The notes beneath the pieces were generated by a model, which was not told the origin of the DNA, searched no databases, and was given only the letters and a program-made list of their open reading frames with translations. Source: a virus (taxonomy: Duplodnaviria; Caudoviricetes). Taken from it: a stretch of 64,000 nt of DNA. Position numbers and translations under genes: made by a program. The stretch is from positions 1 through 64,000 of IMG/VR virus record IMGVR_UViG_3300042314_000891; one strand, given 5' to 3'. Below are positions 20,958 to 32,338 of this stretch, one piece after another (positions within the stretch are counted from its first letter, which is position 1; each line of letters starts with the position of its first letter).

Positions 20958-23567
20958 ATGGCTGATAATACGCAAGAACAATCAAATGCTCGTTCACTAA
21001 ACGACCTTAATAAGTCTAACCTAGCCCTTCAAAAAGAAATTAATGCGGCAAAGGAGAGACAACTTGCTCTAATTAAAAAAGAAAATGAATTAAAAAAAAC
21101 AAGTGGAAAATTAGACGAAAAAGAAGCAAAGGAGTTAAAAGAAATAACCACAAATCTTGTAGTTTTAAATAAACAACGTGCACTCGGATTAACTCTTGCA
21201 AAAGAACAAAGAGATGAACTAAAAATACAAATGACCCAATATTCAAATATTGAGTCATCAATTGGTTCAATAAGTTCGGCAATGGGTGGTTTGCAAACTG
21301 ATTTAAGAAATGCAACAAAATTAGGTATTGATTTTGGAACTTCAATTGCAAATAGTACAGAGGCACAAAGCGATAAGTATAAATCGGCAAATTCAGCAGC
21401 TGCCAATGCTATTAGTGCAATTACATCTTTAGCTCAATTAAATAAAGAAGATGCAGCGCAGATAGCAGAATATACGCAAGAATATCAAAACCAATATACA
21501 ATAATGTTGCAACAATTGAAAGAGTTGCAGGATATGAAAGACGATGGCAGAACAAAGCAAGGTAAAGCAGCCAAAGAAGCACAGGCACAATTGATTGCTC
21601 AAATGAAATCATTGGATGAAGCGTATATAAAAGCATCTAAATTTGCTAATATGCAAAAAGATGTAAAAGAGTTATATGAGGAAATGAATGAGGAGTTAGG
21701 AGCTGGTAATAAATTTTTCCAAAAATTAATTAATTATGGAAAAGTATTTTTTAGTAGTTGGACTGGTGCAATGACAGTAATTGGATTTGCAGCAGGATAT
21801 GTGGCAGATGAGTTTGGTAAAATAAATGCTCAAATAGGTGGTGGTTTTGCTCAATTGGTTGGTTTTAAATCACAACTTACAGCAATATCTTTAATATTGG
21901 GTGAAGAAGCAGTTGGAGCAGTAACTGAATTTGGTGCTAGAATTGGTAATGTAAATAAAATATCAAATGAATTGGCATTTGATTTGGGATTACTACCAGC
22001 CCGTTTGGGTGTTAGTGGACAAGAAGCTGGTGTTTTAGTAAATGAATTTGGTAATTTATCAAATTTATCAAATGAAGTAGCTTTAAATTCATTAGAAGCA
22101 GCATCTCAATTAGCAGCTGCTAATGGTGCAATACCATCGCAGGTATTTAAAGATTTGGCTCAAAACACAGAGTTGTTTGCCGTATATTCAAAAAATGGTG
22201 GTAAAAATCTACAAGATGCAGCTATAAATGCGGCAAGGTTAGGAGTTGATTTATCAACTGCTGGTAAGATTTCAGATAATTTATTAGATTATCAAACATC
22301 GGTTGCTAATGAAATGGAAGCATCTGTAATACTTGGCAGAAATTTAAATTTACAAAGAGCAAGAGAGTTAGCTTATGCTGGTGATATAAATGGTGCAATG
22401 AACGAAACGTTAAAAGCAGCTGGTGGTATTGCAGCATATGATAAAATGTCTCCAATTGAAAAAAGAGCATTAGCAGCTGCAATTGGTGTATCAAACCAAG
22501 AGTTACTACAAATGATTGCTAATGAAAAAGAAGCACTAAAACCAGTTGGAGCAATGACGGCATCATTTAATACAATGAGTGCAATGGTTGACCAAATTGG
22601 AACAACCGGTTTTGGAAAATGGCTTGGTATATTACCAGGTGTATTTAGCTTATTAGGAAATATAGGATTTGCTTTCAATACATTTGGAACTAGTTTACCA
22701 CAAATATGGACAGGACTTAAAAAATGGGTTTCTGGATTATTTGCAGTAAAAGCTGCACAAGATTCCGTTAATGCATCAAGTGCAGGTTCTTCTTTAGCAG
22801 GTGGCGCGGGCTCTTTAACAAAAGCTAGAGATTCAGCAGGACGTTTTACATCAAATAAATCAATTGCACCAAAAATGGATACAAGCGGTGTTGATAAAAC
22901 AAGTAAATCAGTTGGTGGTGCAGGTAATAATGCTAGTGCAATGCTTAAAGGTGCAGCTGCATTATTAATAGCAGCAGCTGCTATATATGTATTGGGATTA
23001 GCGTTACAACAATTTACAAAGATTGGTGCTAATGAAATTATATCATTGGCAGGTGCATTGGTTGTAGTTGGTTTGGCATTAGCAGCATTCGGCGCATTTG
23101 CTGCACCAATTATGTTAGGAGCAGTTGCATTAGGTTTTGCATCAATTGCGTTGGGTATGTTTGGCGCGGCATTGATGGTAGTTGGTAATGGTTTATCGAG
23201 TATTAGTAGCCCATTTGGAATGATTACTGAAAATTTATCAGTATTATCTTCATTAAACATTACACCAATATACGGAATGGCAACTGCATTAACTGCATTG
23301 GCTACATCATTAGGATTAGTAGCGGCAAGTGGTGGTTTAGCATTGCCTATTTTAAGTGGATTAAATGAATTAGGTATAGCGGGTGTACCGGTAGGTGGAA
23401 CTGCAACCACTACAACTCAAACAACTACGGGTGGTAGTACCAATGTAGCTGGATTAATTGAAGAAGTTAAAAAATTAACAAATGCTATAATGGGTGAAGA
23501 GTTAGTGGTGAATATAGATGGTAGAGAAATTGCAAGAGGAATGCGTAAATTTTTGAAAAATAGTTAA
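20958..23567 (+). CDS. Tape measure protein
   Basis: Helical, Ala-rich, hydrophobic C-terminal repeats, VVNIDGREIA end; position in tail module. Confidence 0.85.
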   Translation: MADNTQEQSNARSLNDLNKSNLALQKEINAAKERQLALIKKENELKKTSGKLDEKEAKELKEITTNLVVLNKQRALGLTLAKEQRDELKIQMTQYSNIESSIGSISSAMGGLQTDLRNATKLGIDFGTSIANSTEAQSDKYKSANSAAANAISAITSLAQLNKEDAAQIAEYTQEYQNQYTIMLQQLKELQDMKDDGRTKQGKAAKEAQAQLIAQMKSLDEAYIKASKFANMQKDVKELYEEMNEELGAGNKFFQKLINYGKVFFSSWTGAMTVIGFAAGYVADEFGKINAQIGGGFAQLVGFKSQLTAISLILGEEAVGAVTEFGARIGNVNKISNELAFDLGLLPARLGVSGQEAGVLVNEFGNLSNLSNEVALNSLEAASQLAAANGAIPSQVFKDLAQNTELFAVYSKNGGKNLQDAAINAARLGVDLSTAGKISDNLLDYQTSVANEMEASVILGRNLNLQRARELAYAGDINGAMNETLKAAGGIAAYDKMSPIEKRALAAAIGVSNQELLQMIANEKEALKPVGAMTASFNTMSAMVDQIGTTGFGKWLGILPGVFSLLGNIGFAFNTFGTSLPQIWTGLKKWVSGLFAVKAAQDSVNASSAGSSLAGGAGSLTKARDSAGRFTSNKSIAPKMDTSGVDKTSKSVGGAGNNASAMLKGAAALLIAAAAIYVLGLALQQFTKIGANEIISLAGALVVVGLALAAFGAFAAPIMLGAVALGFASIALGMFGAALMVVGNGLSSISSPFGMITENLSVLSSLNITPIYGMATALTALATSLGLVAASGGLALPILSGLNELGIAGVPVGGTATTTTQTTTGGSTNVAGLIEEVKKLTNAIMGEELVVNIDGREIARGMRKFLKNS

Positions 23568-23570
23568 AAG

Positions 23571-25760
23571 ATGGCAAAGCAATTAAAAGATTTATTGGGA
23601 GAATTTCAATTTAATAATTCTAACTTTGACCCAAATAAAGTTAAAGCTGATATGCTATCTTCCAAAGAAGTAGGACCAACAACTGGTAATATAAACATCC
23701 CCGCTATTGGTTTAAACGTTGAAGGTGTAAAATTACCATATGATAGGCAATATCAAAAATTAGCAGAAAACGTTATTGAAATATATGGTGTAGATTCTGC
23801 TAGAATTTTAACTCGTGGTGCAGTAGAACCAATGCAATTGGCAAAACGTGGAGTAGATAGACTTTCAAGAGGTTTATTGGCTGGTACATTTGGTAATAAT
23901 ACTTTGGTTGGTGGTTTTGTAAGAAACGCTTTAAATTCATTTACAAATCCACAATTTCCAAGTGATGAGGTAAATGATTTACCTTTCCTAGGTCTATCTA
24001 CAAAAAATGGTTTATATACTAGTTTATATAATGGTGGCGTAAATAACAACAAAAATGCAATAGGAAATCTATTAACATCATTTGCAACACCAAAACAAAT
24101 TTCACAAAATATAGGTTCACCTGGTCAGGGTGGTAGAGTTAGGATAGGTGGCGCGGCGATTGATTTGGCATTAAATGTTGGATTTTCTGCTTTACAGGGT
24201 ATTGGTAAAAAATTTGGATTAAGTTCTAAAAGAGGTGGTGGGAATGGTTCTTTACGTGAAATAAAAAATCCATTAAATAGTAAAGATAATGATTTACCAA
24301 TATATCCATCCGATTACGCAACAAAAAGTTTTGGAAAAAGTAATGGAACATTAACGGGTATTGCAACTGGTGAAGACCAATTGATGCGAGAAGGAGAGCG
24401 TTTTTATACAAAATATGAAGGTATAAATGCAGAAAAACAACTTAATACAATCAGATTAGATGGTAAAAAATATACATCATTAAAACCTGCTTTATCAAAC
24501 TTTATAGGTTCATCCGGATTTAAAGGGTATATTACATACGATGAAGGAGCCAAAGATAACATACAAGGAATTAAATATAAATTTATTGATGTTGAAGGTT
24601 TAACAAAAGAAGATTTAAAAGAAGTTTCATTTTCAAAAAATGTTTATAAAGAACAGGGAAAAGGTGAAAGTACTTTATATAATGGCAAAAATGCAATTAA
24701 TACAAAATTATTCGTAGGTGTAAAACGTCAAAAATCTGGAGCTAATATAACTCCAAGCGGTGCTACACCCGGTGGTGATTTGGAAGAAGTGGATGTACTA
24801 AATTCAAAAAGACACACATCATTATCATCTTTGACACTTGATGGAAATACAAAAAAAAATTCAGATTTAATATCAATATATTTAAAAGATGTTAATAGTA
24901 AAGACTATATAATGTTAATGTCAAATCTAACTGGTTTAACTGATACACCCACACCAACTTGGGGAGATGTTAAACCGATTGGTTCTCCAAACAAATTTTA
25001 TTTTTATGAATCATTTGAAAGGGAAATATCATTTAAAGGTCAATTGTATGCAAAAAATGAAAAACAATTAGTTCAACTTTGGCAAAAAGTAGAATTTTTA
25101 CAAAATCTTACATTGGCTAGTTGGGGAGGTACTAATGGTATTCAGGGGAAAATATGTGAATTAAAAATAGGAAACTTTGTTGATTCATCCTATGGATTTT
25201 TAACAAATTGTACAATAACAATACCTGATAATTCACCTTGGGAAATACAAGAAAATTCACAAGTCCCATTTATATGTGAATTTGATATTACATATAAAGT
25301 TATACCAAGTGCTATGAGTGGGTTTAATGAAATGTTTAAATCAAATGAACCAATTTATGACTATAATCAACCATCATTACCAGGATTAAATTTTGGCAAA
25401 AAATTACAACCTGGAAATACGGATATTAAAAAGTTACAAGGACTTGGACCATTTTTTGGAAAACAAGGTTCTGACGAAGCCGGTATGGAAGGAACTATAA
25501 ACCAAAATTCATTTACCGGTGGTGAAACATCAACGAGCGAAGTACCAAATATATTAGACCCGGAAAAATGGCAAACCGAAGGTTCGGGTGAAGCACCAAA
25601 TGGTAGTGGTATATTTAACACAATTGGCACAGATACTACGGACGAATTAATACCAACTTCTGAAAGAGGACGTGATTTAAATAGTAGTAATGAATTTAAA
25701 ATAAATCCAACAAGTACACCAAAATCATCAACTGGAATGTTAGGTGGAGCACCACAATAA
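23571..25760 (+). CDS. Baseplate / tail tube initiator-like protein
   Basis: YESFEREISF...PWEI motif; follows tape measure. Confidence 0.55.
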   Translation: MAKQLKDLLGEFQFNNSNFDPNKVKADMLSSKEVGPTTGNINIPAIGLNVEGVKLPYDRQYQKLAENVIEIYGVDSARILTRGAVEPMQLAKRGVDRLSRGLLAGTFGNNTLVGGFVRNALNSFTNPQFPSDEVNDLPFLGLSTKNGLYTSLYNGGVNNNKNAIGNLLTSFATPKQISQNIGSPGQGGRVRIGGAAIDLALNVGFSALQGIGKKFGLSSKRGGGNGSLREIKNPLNSKDNDLPIYPSDYATKSFGKSNGTLTGIATGEDQLMREGERFYTKYEGINAEKQLNTIRLDGKKYTSLKPALSNFIGSSGFKGYITYDEGAKDNIQGIKYKFIDVEGLTKEDLKEVSFSKNVYKEQGKGESTLYNGKNAINTKLFVGVKRQKSGANITPSGATPGGDLEEVDVLNSKRHTSLSSLTLDGNTKKNSDLISIYLKDVNSKDYIMLMSNLTGLTDTPTPTWGDVKPIGSPNKFYFYESFEREISFKGQLYAKNEKQLVQLWQKVEFLQNLTLASWGGTNGIQGKICELKIGNFVDSSYGFLTNCTITIPDNSPWEIQENSQVPFICEFDITYKVIPSAMSGFNEMFKSNEPIYDYNQPSLPGLNFGKKLQPGNTDIKKLQGLGPFFGKQGSDEAGMEGTINQNSFTGGETSTSEVPNILDPEKWQTEGSGEAPNGSGIFNTIGTDTTDELIPTSERGRDLNSSNEFKINPTSTPKSSTGMLGGAPQ

Positions 25761-25770
25761 TTAAACTAAT

Positions 25771-26049
25771 ATGGGAAGATACGATAAACTCAATATACAG
25801 AAAAAAGCAAATGGTTTAGTATTTCATTCAAATCTTATGCCGTATTTTAAAGCAGTTGATTCCGATGTGTTAATAATAACGGAAGAAGATGATAGATTAG
25901 ATACGCTTGCATTTCAATTTTATAAAGATGCATCTTTATGGTGGGTTATTGCTGTATATAATAATATGACGGATGTTGATTTAAAATTGGAACCTGGATT
26001 ACAATTAAGAATACCGAATAATCCATCCAATGTTACAAATAAAATATAA
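25771..26049 (+). CDS. Baseplate wedge / tail X (LysM-like) protein
   Basis: DRLDTLAFQFYKDASLWWVIA...PGLQLRIP. Confidence 0.85.
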   Translation: MGRYDKLNIQKKANGLVFHSNLMPYFKAVDSDVLIITEEDDRLDTLAFQFYKDASLWWVIAVYNNMTDVDLKLEPGLQLRIPNNPSNVTNKI

Positions 26050-26055
26050 ATAGTT

Positions 26056-28185
26056 ATGAATCATTTTCCATTATTTGAACCTTTACCATCCTCTAAAACG
26101 GCTGCAATATCAGGTACATCTGCTTATTTTAAGCAAACGTTCTCTGGTGCAATGCCGTTTGTTAGGTTTATATCTTATCAAAAGGGTTCATTTGTTATAG
26201 GAAACGATTCAGATTATACATCATTTGTACCAGGACAAATGGGTTGGAGATTTCCACCAATGGTGGTTGGGCTTGAAGTAAAACCCGGTGGTAGTATGGG
26301 TGTATTGCGTGAGGGGCATATAACTATTAAATTCCCATCAATGGGAGCTATGGAATATCATAGCGAATTTTTTCGAATTGGTACTCCAAAGGCAATTAGA
26401 TGGGGCTGGACAAAGAAAAGAAGTAGTGGTGCAGATTATTCAGTACCACAGGGATTAGATGCTCCAACCGCTAAAACATTGGTAGATAATATAGATACGT
26501 GGGAAAAATTTTGTGGAGATGGTACGGAAGATGTAATGGTAGGACCACTTATTGATTTTAGTTATACCATAAATAATGATGCAAGTGTCGATGCTACATT
26601 TGTAGTTGGTACAAAAAATGAAATACCTGCTTATTTGGGTACTAATAGACAGGATAAAAAAAATACTAACTCATCAACCAAAGATTCGGTAGCAGACAAT
26701 CGTTTGGCACGTGTATTAGAATTAGAAAATGGTCAATTTTTAGGATTAAAAAATGATATAGCAAAAAAGCATACTATAAATTATAATTTTTCAAATCAAG
26801 GATTCTTTTCTGCATTATTATCTAGAATTGGTACTCTTTTTAATCCAGTAATAGAATATGACCACGATGCATATAGTGATGATGTGTTTATTAGTATGGA
26901 ATTTTTAGTAGATTATACTATAAACAAAGGAAAAGGAAAGCAACAAAATGATTATAAGTTAGATATATCAAATGCAGTAGCAGCTGCCCATCCAAATATA
27001 ATAAGTAATTCTGAAAATGTTATTTTTCCAAACGCAACAATGGCAAATCCAATAGTTGCACAGAATGTTGATGGCGCTACTTTGGTTTTGGATACTAAAA
27101 ATACTCAAAATTTAAAATTACAATCTGGTAAAGAATTTCCAGAACAAATTGCAAGTAAAGGTATTTTAAAAATTTACAATGGAGATAGAAATAATTATGA
27201 AAAAGGAAAATGGGGGTATATAAAAAATATATTTTTAAAGGTTGATTTTGTATTAGATGTTGCAAAAAGTATGGGTGAAAATGGTAAAATGGGTGATTTT
27301 ATACAAAAATTATGCGATGAAATAAATGTTGCAGGAGCCGGATTAATGGAACTAGCACCACAAGTTCAATCGGATAGTAATGGTACTATGATTTATACAA
27401 TTGTTGATTATGCATTAATACCATCGGTGGTAGCTATGCCATCAACTATACATTTATTTAACGATAATACTACCATAACAAACATAAATTTTTCAGCAGA
27501 TTTACCAAAGGAAATTATTGCAATGGCTATGCTTGGTAATCAAAAATCAAAAGAAATTGGAAAAAATTTATTTTTTAAATTTCAACAAGACCCAACGGAT
27601 ATATTAAATTTAAAATCATATATACCTGATGCATCATTTGCAAACACAGGTGGATTTATTCCTGGAACTGGATTTGGTAATATTCCTGGTATAAATGTAA
27701 ATGTCCCTACACAATTTCCAATGTCGGATGGAACTACTCCAAGAACACCAGCAGCTGCGGCTGGAGGCGCTGCAGCCGGAGGAACACCTCCTGCGGGAAA
27801 CATTATTACTGGATTTAATACAGCAGGACCAATTACACCCACAAATACTTTAATTGATGATAATTGTATTGTAATTCATTCAGATGATGATATAATGACA
27901 AACGGGTCACCAACAAAAGATGTTAGTGCTATATTAAAAGATACCGCATTGTGTAAAAATTTATACTTTGGCAATAGTGGATTAAATAAAAATAACCCAT
28001 TATTACCAATTGAATTGGAATTAACAGTATTAGGTATATCCGGAATTACTGTTGGAAAAGTTGTAAATATAGATAGAGTACCATTTGATAAAAGTGGAGT
28101 ATTTCAAGTAACGGAAGTAACACATAAAGTTTCTGATACTTGGGAAACAACGATTAAATTCAGATATAGACCTACTAACGTTTAA
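26056..28185 (+). CDS. Baseplate hub protein
   Basis: LELTVLGISGI...FQVTEVTHKVSDTWETTI C-terminus; position. Confidence 0.65.
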   Translation: MNHFPLFEPLPSSKTAAISGTSAYFKQTFSGAMPFVRFISYQKGSFVIGNDSDYTSFVPGQMGWRFPPMVVGLEVKPGGSMGVLREGHITIKFPSMGAMEYHSEFFRIGTPKAIRWGWTKKRSSGADYSVPQGLDAPTAKTLVDNIDTWEKFCGDGTEDVMVGPLIDFSYTINNDASVDATFVVGTKNEIPAYLGTNRQDKKNTNSSTKDSVADNRLARVLELENGQFLGLKNDIAKKHTINYNFSNQGFFSALLSRIGTLFNPVIEYDHDAYSDDVFISMEFLVDYTINKGKGKQQNDYKLDISNAVAAAHPNIISNSENVIFPNATMANPIVAQNVDGATLVLDTKNTQNLKLQSGKEFPEQIASKGILKIYNGDRNNYEKGKWGYIKNIFLKVDFVLDVAKSMGENGKMGDFIQKLCDEINVAGAGLMELAPQVQSDSNGTMIYTIVDYALIPSVVAMPSTIHLFNDNTTITNINFSADLPKEIIAMAMLGNQKSKEIGKNLFFKFQQDPTDILNLKSYIPDASFANTGGFIPGTGFGNIPGINVNVPTQFPMSDGTTPRTPAAAAGGAAAGGTPPAGNIITGFNTAGPITPTNTLIDDNCIVIHSDDDIMTNGSPTKDVSAILKDTALCKNLYFGNSGLNKNNPLLPIELELTVLGISGITVGKVVNIDRVPFDKSGVFQVTEVTHKVSDTWETTIKFRYRPTNV

Positions 28186-28189
28186 TACT

Positions 28190-28546
28190 ATGACTAATAT
28201 AGATATATATAAATCTTTACAGAGTAATGTGAAATTAGTTGAAACTGGTTTTCCAACATTTGAAGCTCAACCAAATGAGCAAGATTATAACATTGGTTTT
28301 ATTTATCGGTATTTTGTAAGAAAAAGAAACGAACCATTTGGTGTTATTTCTGAAATAAACAAAGAATTATACGATAAATTTACAAGTAGTCCTTTTTATT
28401 TACAATTAAAAATGCGTTGGAAAATAACTGGTACAAACAAATTTGAAGTAGAACAACTAAATCAGCGTTCAATCAACTACGCACAAGAAACTATGGGTAA
28501 CATAGATACTTATGTAAAAAATCTTACAAAATTTTATAGAGGATAA
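28190..28546 (+). CDS. Conserved phage hypothetical protein
   Basis: PNEQDYNIGFIYRYFVRKRN. Confidence 0.65.
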   Translation: MTNIDIYKSLQSNVKLVETGFPTFEAQPNEQDYNIGFIYRYFVRKRNEPFGVISEINKELYDKFTSSPFYLQLKMRWKITGTNKFEVEQLNQRSINYAQETMGNIDTYVKNLTKFYRG

Positions 28547-28578
28547 TTTGGATATACCAAATCTTTTTGTTATATTTG
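28547..28578 (+). promoter_or_regulatory. Bacteroidota sigma-A-type promoter
   Basis: TTTG (-33) and TATATTTG (-7). Confidence 0.7.
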
Positions 28579-28582
28579 TAAG

Positions 28583-29926
28583 ATGGTTATATACATAGAG
28601 GATTCTAAATCGTTTAATGATTTCTTATTGGAGTTTAATACTCGTCCAAGTAGAATATACATTCAACTTTCGGATGTGGACAAGCATGCTCTAAACAATC
28701 GTATATCATTTATTGTAGTTTGCTGTATGCAAAAATTCTATGTAATCAATCTAAACCACACCGATGGTTTGAGTTTAAGAGAAGATGCGTTAAAACTATT
28801 AGAAGAATCGCCACGAAGTAAAGCACTAATAAATGGTAAGAGTGTGGGACATTTGATTGGATTAAAACAATCGGTTGACATAGATTTATACAGATTCATT
28901 ACAGATGTAAAAAACGAAGAAGAACCATTTAGAGAAATACAATCATTCTACAAACGAAGTACACCACTACAATATCAAAACAACTTAAACGATAGTATTC
29001 CATTATCAAAGCAAGTTGGTATAATAAAAAACATATTACAATATGAATTAGAAGATGGAGTTGGTGAATCTGTATTTAATTTTGTAAAAGATGCAACCAA
29101 AGTATTCCAATGGATAGAAAAATCAGGCATATTTGTAGATGAAAAATTAAGAGATTTACTACCACAAAAACATATCAATAAAGATGGGTTAGTATTCACC
29201 GAATACAACCTCCATACTTCCACACTACGTCCATCAAATAGACATGGTGGGATAAACTACTCGGCTATACCAAAAAAGAGTGATATGCGTAAAGCATTCG
29301 TTAGTAGATTCAAAGATGGTAAGTTAGTGAGTATAGATTATTCGGCATATCACCCACATTTACTTATTGATTTAATAAAAACACAAATTGGAACTAAAGA
29401 ATGGATGAGTAAATTCAATTCTCAATTAGATTTTTATGATTGGGTTGCTGCTATATGTGGTGTAGCTGATTTGGATGGTGCAAGAGATGGGGCTAAACAA
29501 TTAGTATTCCAATCCATATATGGTGGTGTAAGTTCTGAAATGCAAGAGTTACCATTTTTTAATGAGGTAAATTTATTAGCATTAAAATACAAAGCAGATT
29601 TAGATAGATATGGGTTCGTAATGACTCCGCACTATAACATACAAATCAAAAAGGAAAAGTTTGGTGAAGATAATCCACCACCGGCAAAAGTATTAAACTA
29701 TGTAATTCAAGCATATGAAACGGAACGAAACATTCAAATCCTAAAACAAATAAAAGAAAAGTATAAAGGATTGGGAAAACTGATAATGTATAACTATGAT
29801 GCATTTGTTTTTGATGTTCCTAATTACGAAATTACATATTTATATGAACAGATATATGAAAAAATAATAGACTCAAAAGAGTTTCCAGCAACAATAGTAA
29901 CGGGTGAAAATTATGATTTTAGATAA
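28583..29926 (+). CDS. Divergent family A DNA polymerase-like protein
   Basis: TSTLRPSN, RKAFVSR..LVSIDYSAYHPHL (motif A), AKQLVFQSIYG (motif B), NYVIQAYE, MYNYDAFVFD (motif C). Confidence 0.75.
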   Translation: MVIYIEDSKSFNDFLLEFNTRPSRIYIQLSDVDKHALNNRISFIVVCCMQKFYVINLNHTDGLSLREDALKLLEESPRSKALINGKSVGHLIGLKQSVDIDLYRFITDVKNEEEPFREIQSFYKRSTPLQYQNNLNDSIPLSKQVGIIKNILQYELEDGVGESVFNFVKDATKVFQWIEKSGIFVDEKLRDLLPQKHINKDGLVFTEYNLHTSTLRPSNRHGGINYSAIPKKSDMRKAFVSRFKDGKLVSIDYSAYHPHLLIDLIKTQIGTKEWMSKFNSQLDFYDWVAAICGVADLDGARDGAKQLVFQSIYGGVSSEMQELPFFNEVNLLALKYKADLDRYGFVMTPHYNIQIKKEKFGEDNPPPAKVLNYVIQAYETERNIQILKQIKEKYKGLGKLIMYNYDAFVFDVPNYEITYLYEQIYEKIIDSKEFPATIVTGENYDFR

Positions 29927-31505
29927 TTTAGATGAGATTTATCAAGAAGTTTTAGAAGAACTTTCTTATAGAGTAGGTATAGTAAATTTACGAAATAAAA
30001 ATCACGTAGATATTTTAAGTGAAATATTAGATACTACCGAACTTGCGGAGTACAAATCCGATATTTTGGGTGAGTTGTATAAAAATGTAATAGCTGAACT
30101 TGATTTTCCAGATAAAGATGCACTTGCTGATTATAAATCTCAACACAAAATGCGTTCAGATACACCCGTAACAATTGCGGGTAAGGAAACAACGGTAGGT
30201 GCAGTAAGTGATACATCTAAAGAAAAACAAAATAAACAAAAAGAAGATTCTAAAAATTCTCAAAAACAACCACCTAAAAGCGATAATTTAAAAAAATTCT
30301 CAAAACCAATGGTTGTGGATAGAACTAATAGATTAGTAAAACTTGCCGAAAAAGTTAAAAATAGCGATAAAGATACACAAAAAAGAGCAGCAATTCTTAT
30401 TAAAAATTGGAATAAATTTATGAATGCTACAACTGAAAAAGAAAAAGTTGAAGCAATGCGTGAAATGGCTGAATATAATCTAATACAAGGACACGCTGGT
30501 GGTAAAAAAGTATATGTTAGTAATTCATTGCCGGTAGATGAAAAATATCTTACAGGTGATAGTGGGGATGAAATAACCAAAGAGATGAATAGGGTTATGA
30601 AAGAAAATGATATTTACATTCCAATGCGTGGTTCTACTCTAGATAGACAAAAAGCTGATTTAAGTGGAAAACATAACGAAGCTGGTGTAGTTGCTGAATT
30701 AGATGCATCAAATGAAAATATAAAAAATAGAGATGAAGTTGCAAAAAAATATTCAGAAGTAGGTGGAGATGTAAAAAAATCAGATGAAGATAATAAAAAA
30801 GCTGCAAATGCTGTAAAAGAAAGTATATTACAAAATTTTCCAAATTCAAAAATTATAAAAGCAACTCAAGTTGGTGGTAGAGGTTCAACTGCTTTAAATA
30901 AACTTGGTATAGACCCAAAAACAGACCCAACTGATATAATGGTTGAAATACAAACGGAATCTGGAGAAACTGTATTTGTAAAATATTCTCTTAAAGTTTA
31001 CGATGACCCAAGAAATATAACCATGAAAAATTCGGGTGTAAATAACGCCGGTGAAGTATATCTTGGTGGAGATGCGGGAAATCAAATTGATACATTTAAG
31101 CGTGAATTGGATAAAAAGTATAGTTGGACAAACGAAATGAGTTCAGCTGAACAAAATAAAAATAAAACAGCATACAGACAAGAGTATTTGAAAAAATATG
31201 CAGAAGAATTGGAAAAAATATCAAAAACACCAGAGGGACAATCTCAATTATTAAAAATGTGGCAATCGGTACATGGGTGTGGTAAAGGTGTAAGTACATT
31301 GATTACAAACAAAAGAACAGGTGAATCTGTGGTACACTCGCCAGAATACTATTGTAACCCAAAACAACCATTTAAAATAGAATATGATGGGGTAAAAATT
31401 GTTGTAAATATGAGTGGTAAAGATGATTCTACATATCTACAATTAGACTTGAAAACTGAAAAGAATAATTCTAAAAAATTATTATTCAGACATAGAATAA
31501 AATAG
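29904..31505 (+). CDS. Hypothetical protein with possible PD-(D/E)XK nuclease domain
   Basis: DPTDIMV...KYSLK pattern. Confidence 0.45.
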   Translation: MKIMILDNLDEIYQEVLEELSYRVGIVNLRNKNHVDILSEILDTTELAEYKSDILGELYKNVIAELDFPDKDALADYKSQHKMRSDTPVTIAGKETTVGAVSDTSKEKQNKQKEDSKNSQKQPPKSDNLKKFSKPMVVDRTNRLVKLAEKVKNSDKDTQKRAAILIKNWNKFMNATTEKEKVEAMREMAEYNLIQGHAGGKKVYVSNSLPVDEKYLTGDSGDEITKEMNRVMKENDIYIPMRGSTLDRQKADLSGKHNEAGVVAELDASNENIKNRDEVAKKYSEVGGDVKKSDEDNKKAANAVKESILQNFPNSKIIKATQVGGRGSTALNKLGIDPKTDPTDIMVEIQTESGETVFVKYSLKVYDDPRNITMKNSGVNNAGEVYLGGDAGNQIDTFKRELDKKYSWTNEMSSAEQNKNKTAYRQEYLKKYAEELEKISKTPEGQSQLLKMWQSVHGCGKGVSTLITNKRTGESVVHSPEYYCNPKQPFKIEYDGVKIVVNMSGKDDSTYLQLDLKTEKNNSKKLLFRHRIK

Positions 31506-31551
31506 TATTTATACCATTTTCTTATACTTATAAGGAGTATAAAATGAAGAT

Positions 31552-31965
31552 ATGATAAAGACGCAGTTACTATGTACGTTCTCAACAAAAAAAGATATTG
31601 AGAATAATTTGGATTTTATAAAAAAAAGTTATAAATTAGCATATAATTACATTTATGTTTTACAAAATAAAAACGTCCCTAACGATTTGTTTGTAACTTA
31701 TAATGTGGTGGTGGAAGGACAACATCCAGAAAGCGAGTTAAAGACTATTTTAGTACATAGAAAAAAACAAACTAATACCTTATATACAATCAACGCTCTA
31801 AACCAATTAATAATGGAAAAGACGGGTGGTATGTTGGATGAAAAGTATGAGGTAGATTGGGAAGAGTACAGAAATTGTATATTACTTACAAATGCAGAAG
31901 GAGTTAGAAAAATAACAACAAGAGTATTTGATGTGATTGAGATTGAAGGATTGCAAATTAATTAA
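31552..31965 (+). CDS. Conserved phage hypothetical protein
   Basis: TQLLCTF, HRKKQTNTLYTINALN. Confidence 0.7.
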   Translation: MIKTQLLCTFSTKKDIENNLDFIKKSYKLAYNYIYVLQNKNVPNDLFVTYNVVVEGQHPESELKTILVHRKKQTNTLYTINALNQLIMEKTGGMLDEKYEVDWEEYRNCILLTNAEGVRKITTRVFDVIEIEGLQIN

Positions 31966-31978
31966 AACCAAAATAAAT

Positions 31979-32338
31979 ATGTTACAGAACGATTACACAG
32001 ACCCACAAATAGTGGCTCAAGCGGAAAAAGATTATCCAGAAACTACTGCGGAATACAAACGCATTATGGTAGAACAATACGAACTATTCTGCCGAAAACA
32101 ATCAAACTATGGACCAGGTAACATTTCAGTAGGAACTGAATGTAGAACTGATGCAGATATTAAACTATCTCTTACTGGATTATGGTTTCGTATCAACGAT
32201 AAAATCAACCGCTTAAAACAAATGATTATTATTGGTGCACAAGATAATGTAGGCGAATCACTTACGGATACATATCAGGACTTATCAGTCTATGGAATCA
32301 TAGCACAAATCGTACAAAACAAAAAATGGGGTAAATAA
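31979..32338 (+). CDS. Nucleotide modification associated domain 1 (DUF1599-like)
   Basis: KQSNYGPGNI, RINDKINRL, ESLTDTYQDLSVYGII; ATG 31979 preferred. Confidence 0.75.
   Translation: MLQNDYTDPQIVAQAEKDYPETTAEYKRIMVEQYELFCRKQSNYGPGNISVGTECRTDADIKLSLTGLWFRINDKINRLKQMIIIGAQDNVGESLTDTYQDLSVYGIIAQIVQNKKWGK

Noticed and set aside
22373-23410. 345-aa minus-strand ORF
   Set aside because: Antisense shadow of the Ala/Gly-rich tape measure gene.
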